From positions 1 to 55,224 of the forward strand of contig VBFO01000007.1 of the NCBI GenBank assembly GCA_005881025.1: 55,224 nt of DNA, given 5' to 3'. Of this stretch, positions 35,416 to 43,552 are shown piece after piece. The DNA comes from Chloroflexota bacterium. GTDB lineage: Bacteria; Chloroflexota; Dormibacteria; Dormibacterales; Dormibacteraceae. The position numbers and the translations under genes were made by a program. The notes beneath the pieces were generated by a model. The model was given only the letters and a program-made list of their open reading frames with translations, made no database searches and was not told the origin of the DNA. The stretch's first letter is position 1. Each line of letters begins with the position of its first letter.

Positions 35416-36771
35416 TGTCGACCTTCGGGTGATGTGTCACGGAGCTACTTCGGGTGATGTGTCGCACTTCGTCTGAATCTATCTCCTCCGGGGCGCCGTG
35501 CTGTCGGCATGCAGTTTGCGGACAGGGCCCTTGCTGGTTCGAGCCACCGTCTTGAGCAACTCGTTGCCCACCCAGAACTGAAGCAGGCCGTCCGTCACGA
35601 GCACATCGCAGGCGCTGCCACCGAAGTGTTTGCCCACGCTGACCTGCTGGTAGCCGACGCTCACGAGTCCATTGCTAGCCACCCTTCGGCTGACCCACTG
35701 CTCGCCATTGCGCTCGGGCCGCGGAGTCAGGCGATGCCGCGGCTGGTCGTCGCCGGCATGGAAGCGGCTCTCCGGGGTGGCGTCGAACAACCCCTGATGC
35801 GGACGCTGGGTGTTGTAGTAGCTAACCCATTCGTTCAGCGCCTCCTGTGCTGTCTTCAAGGTCTTGAAGACCTGCCGAGTGTCGAACTCGACTCGAAGGG
35901 TCTTGTGAAAGCGCTCGATCTTTCCGGTCGTGGTCGGCGAGCGCGGCTGGGTCAGGATGTGGTCGACACCGTTCTCGCGACAGATGCGGTCGAACAGCAC
36001 CTCGACCGGCGGTTGTGCGAAGCGGCCGGTGAAGACCTTTCCGTTGTCGGTCAGGACCTGGGCAGGCAGACCATAGGTATTCAGAGCTGAACTGAACCCG
36101 TCGCAGACCGACTGGGTTCGCTCCCTGGCCATTAGCCTCGCCGAGACGCAGTACCTCGAGTGGTCGTCAACGCCGGTCAGCGCCTTGGCTGAGGTCCCGT
36201 CAGCCAAGAGAAAGCCATGGACTAGGTCGAACTGCCAGAGCTCCATCGGCGCCCCTCTCTCCCAGCGCTTCCAGGTTTCCCGCCGCCTCTGTCGGCTGAT
36301 GGGGTCGATGACCGCAGCTCGGACCAGGCAGCGATAGACAGCTGACTCCGAGGGCGCGGCCTCGACCCGCTTGCGCGCCAACTCAAAGGCGATTCGGCGC
36401 GCTCCCCAGTAAGGGCGTGACCGGCGCATCTCGAGCACCATCGCCTCCACTGCCGCCGGCATCTGATGCGGGCTTTGGGCCGGCCGGTGCGACCGATTGT
36501 TCAAGCCTTCGAGTCCGTCACCCTCATAACGCAACAGCCACCGGTGCATCGTTCGCCTGGACACGCCCCAGTCGGTAGCCACCTCGCTCACTGTCCGACC
36601 ATCGCCAATTACTGCCAGGACCGCCTTGTACCTCTGCTCAGTCACGCTCATCTCCCTCATGCGCGGGAGCGTGACAAATCAGCCGAAGTAGGTGTGACAC
36701 ATCAGCCGAAGGCGTGTGACGCATCAGGCGAAGGCCTTTTGGGACCTATCAGCCGAACTTGCACAACGTAA
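35416..36771 (-). mobile_element. IS481-family insertion sequence (about 1.35 kb)
   Basis: Single transposase ORF. Imperfect terminal IRs: left tgtcgaccttcgggtgatgtg, right (rc, from 36765) tgtgcaagttcggctgatagg. Multiple subterminal 18-nt repeats GTGAC(A/G)NATCAG(C/G)CGAAG: 36671-88, 36694-711, 36716-33, a partial copy at 36744-58, and inverted copies at 35423-40 and 35449-66. The exact ends are uncertain. Confidence 0.75.
35479..36660 (-). CDS. IS481-family transposase (HTH plus DDE/integrase core)
   Basis: 393 aa. N-terminal HTH (SVTEQRYKAVLAVIGDGRTVSEVATDWGVSRRTMHRWLLRYEGDGLEGL). rve core (WQFDLVHGF...TDNGKVFTG...). C-terminal YNTQRPHQGL. Confidence 0.9.
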   Translation of the reverse strand: MREMSVTEQRYKAVLAVIGDGRTVSEVATDWGVSRRTMHRWLLRYEGDGLEGLNNRSHRPAQSPHQMPAAVEAMVLEMRRSRPYWGARRIAFELARKRVEAAPSESAVYRCLVRAAVIDPISRQRRRETWKRWERGAPMELWQFDLVHGFLLADGTSAKALTGVDDHSRYCVSARLMARERTQSVCDGFSSALNTYGLPAQVLTDNGKVFTGRFAQPPVEVLFDRICRENGVDHILTQPRSPTTTGKIERFHKTLRVEFDTRQVFKTLKTAQEALNEWVSYYNTQRPHQGLFDATPESRFHAGDDQPRHRLTPRPERNGEQWVSRRVASNGLVSVGYQQVSVGKHFGGSACDVLVTDGLLQFWVGNELLKTVARTSKGPVRKLHADSTAPRRR

Positions 36772-36846
36772 TGGCTGGGGAGGAAGGATTCGAACCTTCA
36801 ACCTTCTGATCCAGAGTCAGCTGCGCTACCGTTGCGCCACTCCCCA
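36772..36846 (-). tRNA. tRNA-Gln (anticodon CUG)
   Basis: Hand-folded cloverleaf, 75 nt: UGGGGAG-UG-GCGC-AACGGUA-GCGC-A-GCUGA-CUCUGGA-UCAGA-AGGUU-GAAGG-UUCGAAU-CCUUC-CUCCCCA-G-CCA. U1:A72 and G73 are typical of bacterial tRNA-Gln. The CCA is encoded. Confidence 0.9.
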
Positions 36847-36921
36847 AGCGCCCGACTTTCGAGCGTACTAGGACGTTTGAGCTCGAGTCGGCCGGCGGCC
36901 CATTCTAAGTGGCCGCTGAGA

Positions 36922-37296
36922 CTAAGGCCGCTTGCTCCCTTTCGGGGCTCCGCCCAGCTCGATCGGCCGCGTGCTCATCTCGATGGACAGGGCGGGTGGC
37001 GCACCCATCAGTCGATCGAAGGTCTCCTTCAGCAGCTCCTTGGCCCGGTAGAAGTTGACAGCCCACCCAACGCCGAAGACCCGATCGCTGAACAGGCGTT
37101 CTGAATCCGGGTTCCAGTAGGCTGCGCGGATCTTGGCCCAAGTCGGCGGCCGGAAATCGTAAGGAACCATGCCGAGTACACGGCCGTGCCACGTTCGTTC
37201 CTCTTCCGGCTTGGCAAGCTCAGTGGCGATGGCGGCCACGACCAGTGCGATCACTGTCAGGCGTACAACTCGACGCATGCCGCGCATAGCCCCCAT
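36922..37296 (-). CDS. DUF5808-like small membrane protein
   Basis: 124 aa from the ATG at 37296 (alternatives at 37287 and 37278). One N-terminal TM segment, then GMVPYDFRPPTWAKIRAAYWNPDSERLFSDRVFGVGWAVNF. The longer ORF to 37692 is antisense to yvcK. Confidence 0.6.
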   Translation of the reverse strand: MGAMRGMRRVVRLTVIALVVAAIATELAKPEEERTWHGRVLGMVPYDFRPPTWAKIRAAYWNPDSERLFSDRVFGVGWAVNFYRAKELLKETFDRLMGAPPALSIEMSTRPIELGGAPKGSKRP

Positions 37297-37362
37297 ACTG
37301 GAAACAGAGCGTAGCCCACAGTAACTGTGCACGTCTTGAACACGTTGAGGCAAGCGGGGTAG

Positions 37363-38637
37363 ATGGCCAAGAGGCTCCAAACGACGGCGCGCTGGTTGCG
37401 CTGGCTCACGCCCGGTCTCGAGATCAAGCGTTGGCTTCTGCTGTTGATGGTGGCGGAGCTGGTGCTGGTCCTTGGTGCCGCGTACGCCCTGAAAGAGCTC
37501 TATCAGACGGCAACACTGCCGTACCAGTTCTACTACATCACACTCCAGTTCTGGCCTTACTGGGCGCGCGCGGCGGTCTTCGGAGTGCTGGGTGTTGGCC
37601 TGCTTGCCTTCAGCTACCTGAAGCTCACGCAGTCGGTGCTCGGCCCCTTCCTGCCTGGCGTGAACGCCGGCAGCATCGTCGAAGTCATCCACGCATTCCG
37701 CCTCCGGGGTCGGGGGCCCCGCATCGTCGCCATCGGCGGCGGGACTGGAATGAGCACCCTGTTGCGCGGCCTCAAAACCTACACGTCCAACCTGTCTGCG
37801 ATCCTCACCGTCGCCGACGACGGCGGCTCGTCAGGGCGACTGCGCGACGAGTATCGGGTCCTGCCACCTGGCGACTTTCGACAGTGCCTCATCGCCCTGG
37901 CCGACGCAGAGCCGCTCATGAAGCAGCTCTTCGATCACCGGTTCAAGGAAGGCTCGCTCGATGGTCACTCGTTTGGAAACCTTTTCATCATGGCAATGGC
38001 CGACGTGACCGGAAACTTCGAGCACGCGCTGCGCGAATCAGGCAAGGTGCTGGCGGTCAAGGGCACCATCGTGCCCTCGACCCTCCAGGACGTGACCCTG
38101 GTCGCATCGATCAACGGCAGCAACGTCGAGGGTGAGTCGAAGATCCCCAAGCAGAACGGGCGCATCAGCCAGGTGTTCCTGAAGCCTGACGGTGCGCAGG
38201 TGAACCCCGAAGCAACTCAGGCGATCCTCGCCGCGGAGCTGATAGTGATCGGTCCCGGCTCCCTCTACACCTCCATCCTGCCAAACCTTCTGGTCGAGGG
38301 AATGGTGGAGGCCATCAAGGCCTCGCCCGCGCTCAAGCTCCTGGTCTGCAACCTCGCTTCACAAACGGGCGAGACCGACGGCTACGGTGTCGACGACTAC
38401 CTGCATGTGATCCAGGATCACGTGGGCGGGAATCTTTTCGACTTCGTACTGGTCAACTCGAATCACTCTCATATGCCGACGGGAGGTCAGACACAGGTCA
38501 TCTTCAAGGCCGAGGACGCCGCCAAGAACGCGAATGTTCGGTTCATCGCCGCCGACGTAGTCAACGTCAGGATCCCCTCGCACCACGACCCTGACAAGCT
38601 GGCTCGCGTGATCATGCGGAAGGTGTGGCAGGCGTAG
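37363..38637 (+). CDS. yvcK: YvcK/CofD-family (UPF0052, gluconeogenesis-factor-like) protein with an N-terminal TM extension
   Basis: RIVAIGGGTGMSTLLRGLKTYTSNLSAILTVADDGGSSGRLRDEY...PPGDFRQCLIALAD. It is preceded by about 95 aa containing 2-3 predicted TM helices. Confidence 0.85.
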   Translation: MAKRLQTTARWLRWLTPGLEIKRWLLLLMVAELVLVLGAAYALKELYQTATLPYQFYYITLQFWPYWARAAVFGVLGVGLLAFSYLKLTQSVLGPFLPGVNAGSIVEVIHAFRLRGRGPRIVAIGGGTGMSTLLRGLKTYTSNLSAILTVADDGGSSGRLRDEYRVLPPGDFRQCLIALADAEPLMKQLFDHRFKEGSLDGHSFGNLFIMAMADVTGNFEHALRESGKVLAVKGTIVPSTLQDVTLVASINGSNVEGESKIPKQNGRISQVFLKPDGAQVNPEATQAILAAELIVIGPGSLYTSILPNLLVEGMVEAIKASPALKLLVCNLASQTGETDGYGVDDYLHVIQDHVGGNLFDFVLVNSNHSHMPTGGQTQVIFKAEDAAKNANVRFIAADVVNVRIPSHHDPDKLARVIMRKVWQA

Positions 38638-39493
38638 CCGAGGCCGGCGCCGGCGCCATGCGCCTGGAAACAACCTCAACGATCGCCGCCGCCACCGCCA
38701 CATAGAGGAAGCCGTCGAGAGCGTCGACCACGTAGTGCTCACCGAGATACACGATCGAGACCCCGACGGCGAGGGTCCAGACGATCAGCCCGATTGAGAG
38801 GGCGCGGTAGCGAGACCAGGCGTACACGGCCGCCAGCGCCGGGAACGCCGCATGCAGTGACGGGAAGGCCGCGAACTGGTTGGGATTGAAGCTGTGATAT
38901 ATGTCCGAGACGAAGTACTGGCTGTCCCAGAGGGCCTCGACAGTCTTGTTGTTGATCTTCACCACCTGGTCCGGGAGCTGATACCAGGGCGGCGCGCTTG
39001 GCCAGAACAGGTAGGTCGCAAAAGCGATGAAGCACATCAGCAGGAGCGCGGCCACGAATCTCCTGTAGTGCTCGCGGCTGTTCACCCAGAAGAAGAACCC
39101 GACGACTATCGGCAGCGGGAAGTGCATGAAGTAGAAAAACATCGCCGCGACGTCCTGCCAGCCGACGACGCCAGGGTGATAAAAGGCGTGCTGTAACACC
39201 AATGTCGGGATCGTGCCTCCGAACACTGCCCTTTCGAATCCCGAGAGATCATGAGGCGGGAACCCGGTCTTGGACGCGAATCCCCGCATTGCCTCATACG
39301 CGAAGAACAGGACCAGAAACGGAAGCCAGTCGATGATGAAGCTGCGTCCGCGGCCAAGGGCGATCGCGATCAAAAGCAGAGCCAGGACTACCCACTCGGG
39401 CTCGATCGAGATCCCGCGCCATAGCATCACGCCGAAGATCAGCGATAGATACGTGGCGCTGCCGATGAGGGTCAGGCGTGACCGTGGCAGCAA
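38612..39493 (-). CDS. PAP2-superfamily membrane protein (PAP2_C / inositolphosphotransferase-like)
   Basis: FPSLHAAFP and GEHYVVDALDG motifs, multi-TM. Start taken as the TTG at 39493, 11 nt after the RidA stop. Alternative GTG/ATG at 39430/39427. Confidence 0.7.
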   Translation of the reverse strand: MLPRSRLTLIGSATYLSLIFGVMLWRGISIEPEWVVLALLLIAIALGRGRSFIIDWLPFLVLFFAYEAMRGFASKTGFPPHDLSGFERAVFGGTIPTLVLQHAFYHPGVVGWQDVAAMFFYFMHFPLPIVVGFFFWVNSREHYRRFVAALLLMCFIAFATYLFWPSAPPWYQLPDQVVKINNKTVEALWDSQYFVSDIYHSFNPNQFAAFPSLHAAFPALAAVYAWSRYRALSIGLIVWTLAVGVSIVYLGEHYVVDALDGFLYVAVAAAIVEVVSRRMAPAPASATPATPSA

Positions 39494-39504
39494 AGCTTCT
39501 CTAG

Positions 39505-39981
39505 CTAGTTGGTGCGAACAATCGCCACAGCCGTGATCTCCACGGTCACCGAGAAAGGAAGCGCGCTGGCTCCGACTGCCGCCCTTGTATGCCTCCCAGC
39601 CTCTCCCAGCACCTCGACCATCAGGTCGGACGCCGCGTTCATGACCTTGGGCTGATCGCCAAAGTCTTCGGTGCACAGCACGAAACCGTTCAGCTGCATC
39701 AGTTGTTCGATGTTGGTGAGCCCAGCCGCGCCTTCGATCTGGGCCAGCACGTTCAGTGCGCAGGCGCGCGCCGCCTCCTGCGCCTGCTCCACGCTCACCT
39801 GGTCGGGGCAGCGACCCGTCATTCGCTGCCCGTCCCTGGAGGAAACCTGTCCGGCGATGTACAGGAGGGCGCGTCCTTCACCGATCGGAACGAGGCGAGT
39901 TGGAACATATGAGGCCAGGGCCGCCGGCGGCTTCGGAAGCGTCAGGCCGAGGTCGCGCAGGCGATCGTGCGGTGTCCCCAC
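39505..39981 (-). CDS. RidA/YjgF-family protein
   Basis: ...ALLYIAGQVS...VSVEQAQEAARACALNVLAQIE...GRHTRAAVGASALPFSVTVEITAVA. Start taken as the GTG at 39981, just after the upstream gene's stop. Confidence 0.8.
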   Translation of the reverse strand: MGTPHDRLRDLGLTLPKPPAALASYVPTRLVPIGEGRALLYIAGQVSSRDGQRMTGRCPDQVSVEQAQEAARACALNVLAQIEGAAGLTNIEQLMQLNGFVLCTEDFGDQPKVMNAASDLMVEVLGEAGRHTRAAVGASALPFSVTVEITAVAIVRTN

Positions 39982-39991
39982 GTCGGTTACG

Positions 39992-41242
39992 TTAGCTGCG
40001 GCGGCTGCGGAACTGCGAGACCGCGGCCAGGACGATGACCACAACCGCCCCGATTCCCAAAGCGATGTACGGCGCCTGGGATGACAGGACCATCTTGGCG
40101 AGGTCAAACGGTGAGCCACCGGACGTATCAGTCCGGGCCGCGGTGGCAGGTGTCGGAACCACGAATCCCGATGGCGGCTGTGGAGTGCCGCCAGTGTCGT
40201 GATAGGCCCACAGCATCGATGTGTGGTCCGAAGCCCTGAATGTCGCGACGTAGAGCAGGGGCAGCTCATCGCTCGACATTGCCAGCGCTGTCACTGAAGA
40301 AAGAGGCGGCTGGAGAGAGCTGAAGTGTTTGCCCGAATCGCCTGTCGCCCACAGTCCGCCAGAGCCCGCCCCACCGCCATCACTCGCGACATAGAAGCGG
40401 TCGAAATGCGTAGATGTGAAATTCGCGAGCGTGTAATCGGTGGAAGGAAGCAGGAGCCCCCCGCTGAGCGCTGTGAAGGTCGCGCCATTGTCGGCGGAGA
40501 TGAACAGGCCGGAGTTGGTGCCGAGCAGGATCGGTCTCACCTGCGACTTGTTGGGCAGCGGGCCGGCCGCCAGGCGCGTGACGATGGTCCCGCTGACCGC
40601 CGGCTTGAGTGTGGTCCAGGTTGTGCCGGCGTCGACGCTCTGATAGAGCGGGATCCCCGCCGAGCCGCCCGAATCGCCTCCAGCGAGAAGCCTGATGGGT
40701 GTGTTCACGGCGGCTATGGCCACAGTGTCGATGCTCACAGTGGAAAGACCTGATTGCATCCATGAGGCGCCGTCGATGCTGCTGTAAACGCCGCGATCTG
40801 TACCCGCGAACATTATCGATCGCGCAAATCCGAAGGCGCGGACCGCGCGGCCGTCGAGCCCGGCGGCGTTACTCCAGTGCACGCCCGCGTCTCCACTTAC
40901 AAGGGCACCGGCCCCGCGTGTTCCTGCGACGATGAACCCGGGGTTGAAAGGGCTGTACGAGATCGTGAGGATGCCTGACTTACCCGCGTGCACCTTCGTC
41001 CACTTCACACCACCGTCCAGGCTGCGATAGAGGTCGCCCTGGCCATTGCCTGCAACCACTGCCTCGTCATTGGTCGGATTCACGGCGAGAGCGAACACGG
41101 GCAGCTGACCGGTGCCCGGGATCGGAGTCAACGCGACCCATGTTGAGGGCGCGAGACTCGAGGCCATCGCCACCGTCGATGCGATGGCGATGAAAGGCAC
41201 CGATGCCAACGTCGCGAGAAGACGTCTGGGGAGAAGCGACAA
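39992..41242 (-). CDS. Secreted BNR/Asp-box repeat beta-propeller protein with a C-terminal TM anchor (Ycf48/sialidase-like fold)
   Basis: Signal peptide. Repeated SxDxGxxW/F motifs: SLDGGVKWTKV, SGDAGVHWSNA, SIDGASWMQ, SVDAGTTWTTL, SADNGATFTAL, TGDSGKHFSSL. C-terminal hydrophobic helix followed by RSRRS. Confidence 0.7.
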   Translation of the reverse strand: MSLLPRRLLATLASVPFIAIASTVAMASSLAPSTWVALTPIPGTGQLPVFALAVNPTNDEAVVAGNGQGDLYRSLDGGVKWTKVHAGKSGILTISYSPFNPGFIVAGTRGAGALVSGDAGVHWSNAAGLDGRAVRAFGFARSIMFAGTDRGVYSSIDGASWMQSGLSTVSIDTVAIAAVNTPIRLLAGGDSGGSAGIPLYQSVDAGTTWTTLKPAVSGTIVTRLAAGPLPNKSQVRPILLGTNSGLFISADNGATFTALSGGLLLPSTDYTLANFTSTHFDRFYVASDGGGAGSGGLWATGDSGKHFSSLQPPLSSVTALAMSSDELPLLYVATFRASDHTSMLWAYHDTGGTPQPPSGFVVPTPATAARTDTSGGSPFDLAKMVLSSQAPYIALGIGAVVVIVLAAVSQFRSRRS

Positions 41243-41329
41243 GAGACTGCGGGTATCTTAATGGCCGAGCAACTGCGCGCCCATCCGAGTTCGGGTCGAA
41301 CCTGGAGCCCGATTACCTAGAATTCGCGT

Positions 41330-42346
41330 GTGCTGGCAGTTGGATATGTGGGCCGCGCGCTGGACAAGGCAGCGTTCCGCCCCGATACGCTTCCGGACGA
41401 CCTGGTCATCGGCCTGGCGCTGACGCCGACCGTGATCGCGGGTCTCATCTTCTTCAAGCTCGCGGCGCTGGAGATGCTCGTGGTCGCGCTCATCGTCGGC
41501 ATCGTGGCGCAGCTGGTGTGCCGGTACCTGTTTCGCAAGTTCATCCCCAGGCCGGAAGCCAGCCCCTTGATCGCGGCCATCTTCGGAATCGCACTTGTTG
41601 GACCCGGTGCGTCGCTGCTCATCTCGGTCGAGGTCGCGCTGCTCGCGGTCGTGCTCGAAGTGCTGCGGGCACGCTACACGCCGGCGGTTCATGCGCAACC
41701 CGGGCTGATCGCTTATGCATGCATCGCACTCGTGACGCGGGGCGCACCCTTCGCATACCTGAATCCCGCCGGCTCAGGGAGTCCTCTGGATCCAATCGGG
41801 ATCTGGCGCCTCTTTCCTCCAGGCGCCGCACCGATTGATCCGATCAAACTCTATGTGGGCAACGTGCCCGGGCCTGTGTTCGCCACCTCGTTGATGGCGA
41901 TCGTCGTCGGTGTCGCATGGCTCGCGTACGCAAAGCGCCTCAGTCCCGTGGTGACGCTTGGATTCCTGCTTGGCGCCATCGTGCCCGCGGCGATCTATCA
42001 CTGGGATTTCCTGTTTCAGCTGGACAGCGGACCCCTGTGGTTCGTGGGCGCGCTCATCCTCTCCGACCGGCGGCTGCTGCCGGGGTCATGGGCGAGCCGT
42101 CCAATCCTCGGGTTCGCGGCCGGAATCATCTCGCTTGGCCTCCGTAACCGCGGCTACGGCATCGAAGCTGCATTCTTCACGGTGGCTGGGCTGCAAGCAT
42201 TCATCGCCCTCGTGGTGGTCCTGGTCTGGACGGTGACTGGAACTTCGCGGCGACGGGAGCGCGGACGCCTGCTGCGAAAGCGGGACGAGCAGCTCCGCGC
42301 GATCAACCGGGAAGAGGAGCCGACCGGCCCGAGCGCTGTCGCTTAG
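41330..42346 (+). CDS. Polytopic membrane protein, weakly RnfD/NqrB-like
   Basis: 338 aa, about 8-9 TM, Gly/Ala-rich helices. The family call is tentative. GTG start. Confidence 0.45.
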   Translation: MLAVGYVGRALDKAAFRPDTLPDDLVIGLALTPTVIAGLIFFKLAALEMLVVALIVGIVAQLVCRYLFRKFIPRPEASPLIAAIFGIALVGPGASLLISVEVALLAVVLEVLRARYTPAVHAQPGLIAYACIALVTRGAPFAYLNPAGSGSPLDPIGIWRLFPPGAAPIDPIKLYVGNVPGPVFATSLMAIVVGVAWLAYAKRLSPVVTLGFLLGAIVPAAIYHWDFLFQLDSGPLWFVGALILSDRRLLPGSWASRPILGFAAGIISLGLRNRGYGIEAAFFTVAGLQAFIALVVVLVWTVTGTSRRRERGRLLRKRDEQLRAINREEEPTGPSAVA

Positions 42347-42372
42347 GCGGAAGATTGATCACCCTCACCCCG

Positions 42373-42394
42373 CCCTCTCCCTCAAGGGAGAGGG
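42373..42394. terminator. Perfect 9-bp hairpin between convergent genes (no U-tract)
   Basis: ccctctccc-tcaa-gggagaggg. Confidence 0.4.
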
Positions 42395-42396
42395 GG

Positions 42397-43533
42397 TTAG
42401 GCGACCGAAAACTTCTCCAGCTTCGCGCCCAGCGCGCCGGCGATGGTCTCGGCGCGCTCGCCTGCGGCCTTGACGACACGGGCCGGCAAAGACGCGAATG
42501 GCTTGAGCTCGACGCGCACCTTCTGTTTGGCGACGGTGTGCGACCAGACGCCCAGCACGCGGCCGTCCACGAGCACGACTGGCGATATCCACCCGGCCAC
42601 GCGGCTTACCTTCCAGCGATGGATCTTGTCGAAGAGGTGGTCGCGAGTTGCATGGCCCATGAGGTAGGGATCGAAGCCGGGCAGAAGCTGCACCGAAGGA
42701 CGCTGTGAGTTTTTTCGCAGGCGCTTCAGGTCCTCGCCGAGCATCTGTGCCTTCTGGCCCTCCACGCTTACGGTGACGACCTTTTCATCGAGAGCCTTCC
42801 AGGCGGCGGTGCCGACGCCAAGCCAGGCGCCCCACCAGCGCGTGAAGTCCTGCTTAGTTGCCGGCCCATAAGCGCTCAAGTACCGTTCCGCGGCCGCCAC
42901 AGTTGCCTTCTCAGGGTCCATCTCCTTCCACGTGCCGAGCCAGGCCTGCGGACGGACGAACGTGACGCTCTGTCCGCGATTGGGACCGAAACAGAGCTGG
43001 CCTCTGCGCGCTGCAGGTTTGAGCACGCCTCCCCAGCCGGACCTGAGGATGCGAAGGACCGGCTCAGGCTGGTCACGTCCGACGGCCGCGATCAGCTCCT
43101 CGCGCGTCATCGGAGAGCCGTTGAGGGCACCGTCGATGCTGTCAAACAGCTTCGTCAGCTGGGCCTCGTTGACCTGCAGGTATTTGAGCCAGGCGTTCAG
43201 GTTCCGCAGGCCGTGAGCTCCCATGGCCGCTGCGAACATCGGCAGGTCTTTCGAGGGAATGAGGTGAAGAGTCCCGCGCATCAGCCAGGTCTTGACCAGC
43301 GACTTCTTCTTCCACAGGGCCTCGCGCACGTCTTCGACCGTGCAGTCGACCCGAACAGCGATCTGCAGCTCGGCGGTGGACATGACCTGCGCCTGGGCGC
43401 CACCGATGTCGCCCACAACCTGGGTCAGCCGTGCTTTGGGTGCACGCTCCAGCAGGTGGTGGCGCGCGAGCCGAAACGAATGCACATCCGCCCAGCTGAG
43501 CTCAGCCGCGGCCGGCGGCTCCTTGATTCTCAA
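42397..43533 (-). CDS. Winged-helix HTH_42 (DUF1006) protein, AlkZ/YcaQ-like crosslink-repair DNA glycosylase family
   Basis: 378 aa. N-terminus ...SFRLARHHLLERAP...VVGDIGGAQAQVMSTAELQIAVRV...SLVKTWLMRGTLHLIP is typical of the family. Confidence 0.75.
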   Translation of the reverse strand: MRIKEPPAAAELSWADVHSFRLARHHLLERAPKARLTQVVGDIGGAQAQVMSTAELQIAVRVDCTVEDVREALWKKKSLVKTWLMRGTLHLIPSKDLPMFAAAMGAHGLRNLNAWLKYLQVNEAQLTKLFDSIDGALNGSPMTREELIAAVGRDQPEPVLRILRSGWGGVLKPAARRGQLCFGPNRGQSVTFVRPQAWLGTWKEMDPEKATVAAAERYLSAYGPATKQDFTRWWGAWLGVGTAAWKALDEKVVTVSVEGQKAQMLGEDLKRLRKNSQRPSVQLLPGFDPYLMGHATRDHLFDKIHRWKVSRVAGWISPVVLVDGRVLGVWSHTVAKQKVRVELKPFASLPARVVKAAGERAETIAGALGAKLEKFSVA

Positions 43534-43552
43534 CCCAATCAGGAATTTTCCG

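Noticed and set aside
35373-36760. Short spaced repeats that could be mistaken for a mini-CRISPR array.
   Set aside because: The units are 16-23 nt with essentially no spacers. They occur in inverted orientation at both ends of a transposase gene, which makes them IS subterminal repeats and flank repeats. No cas genes are present.
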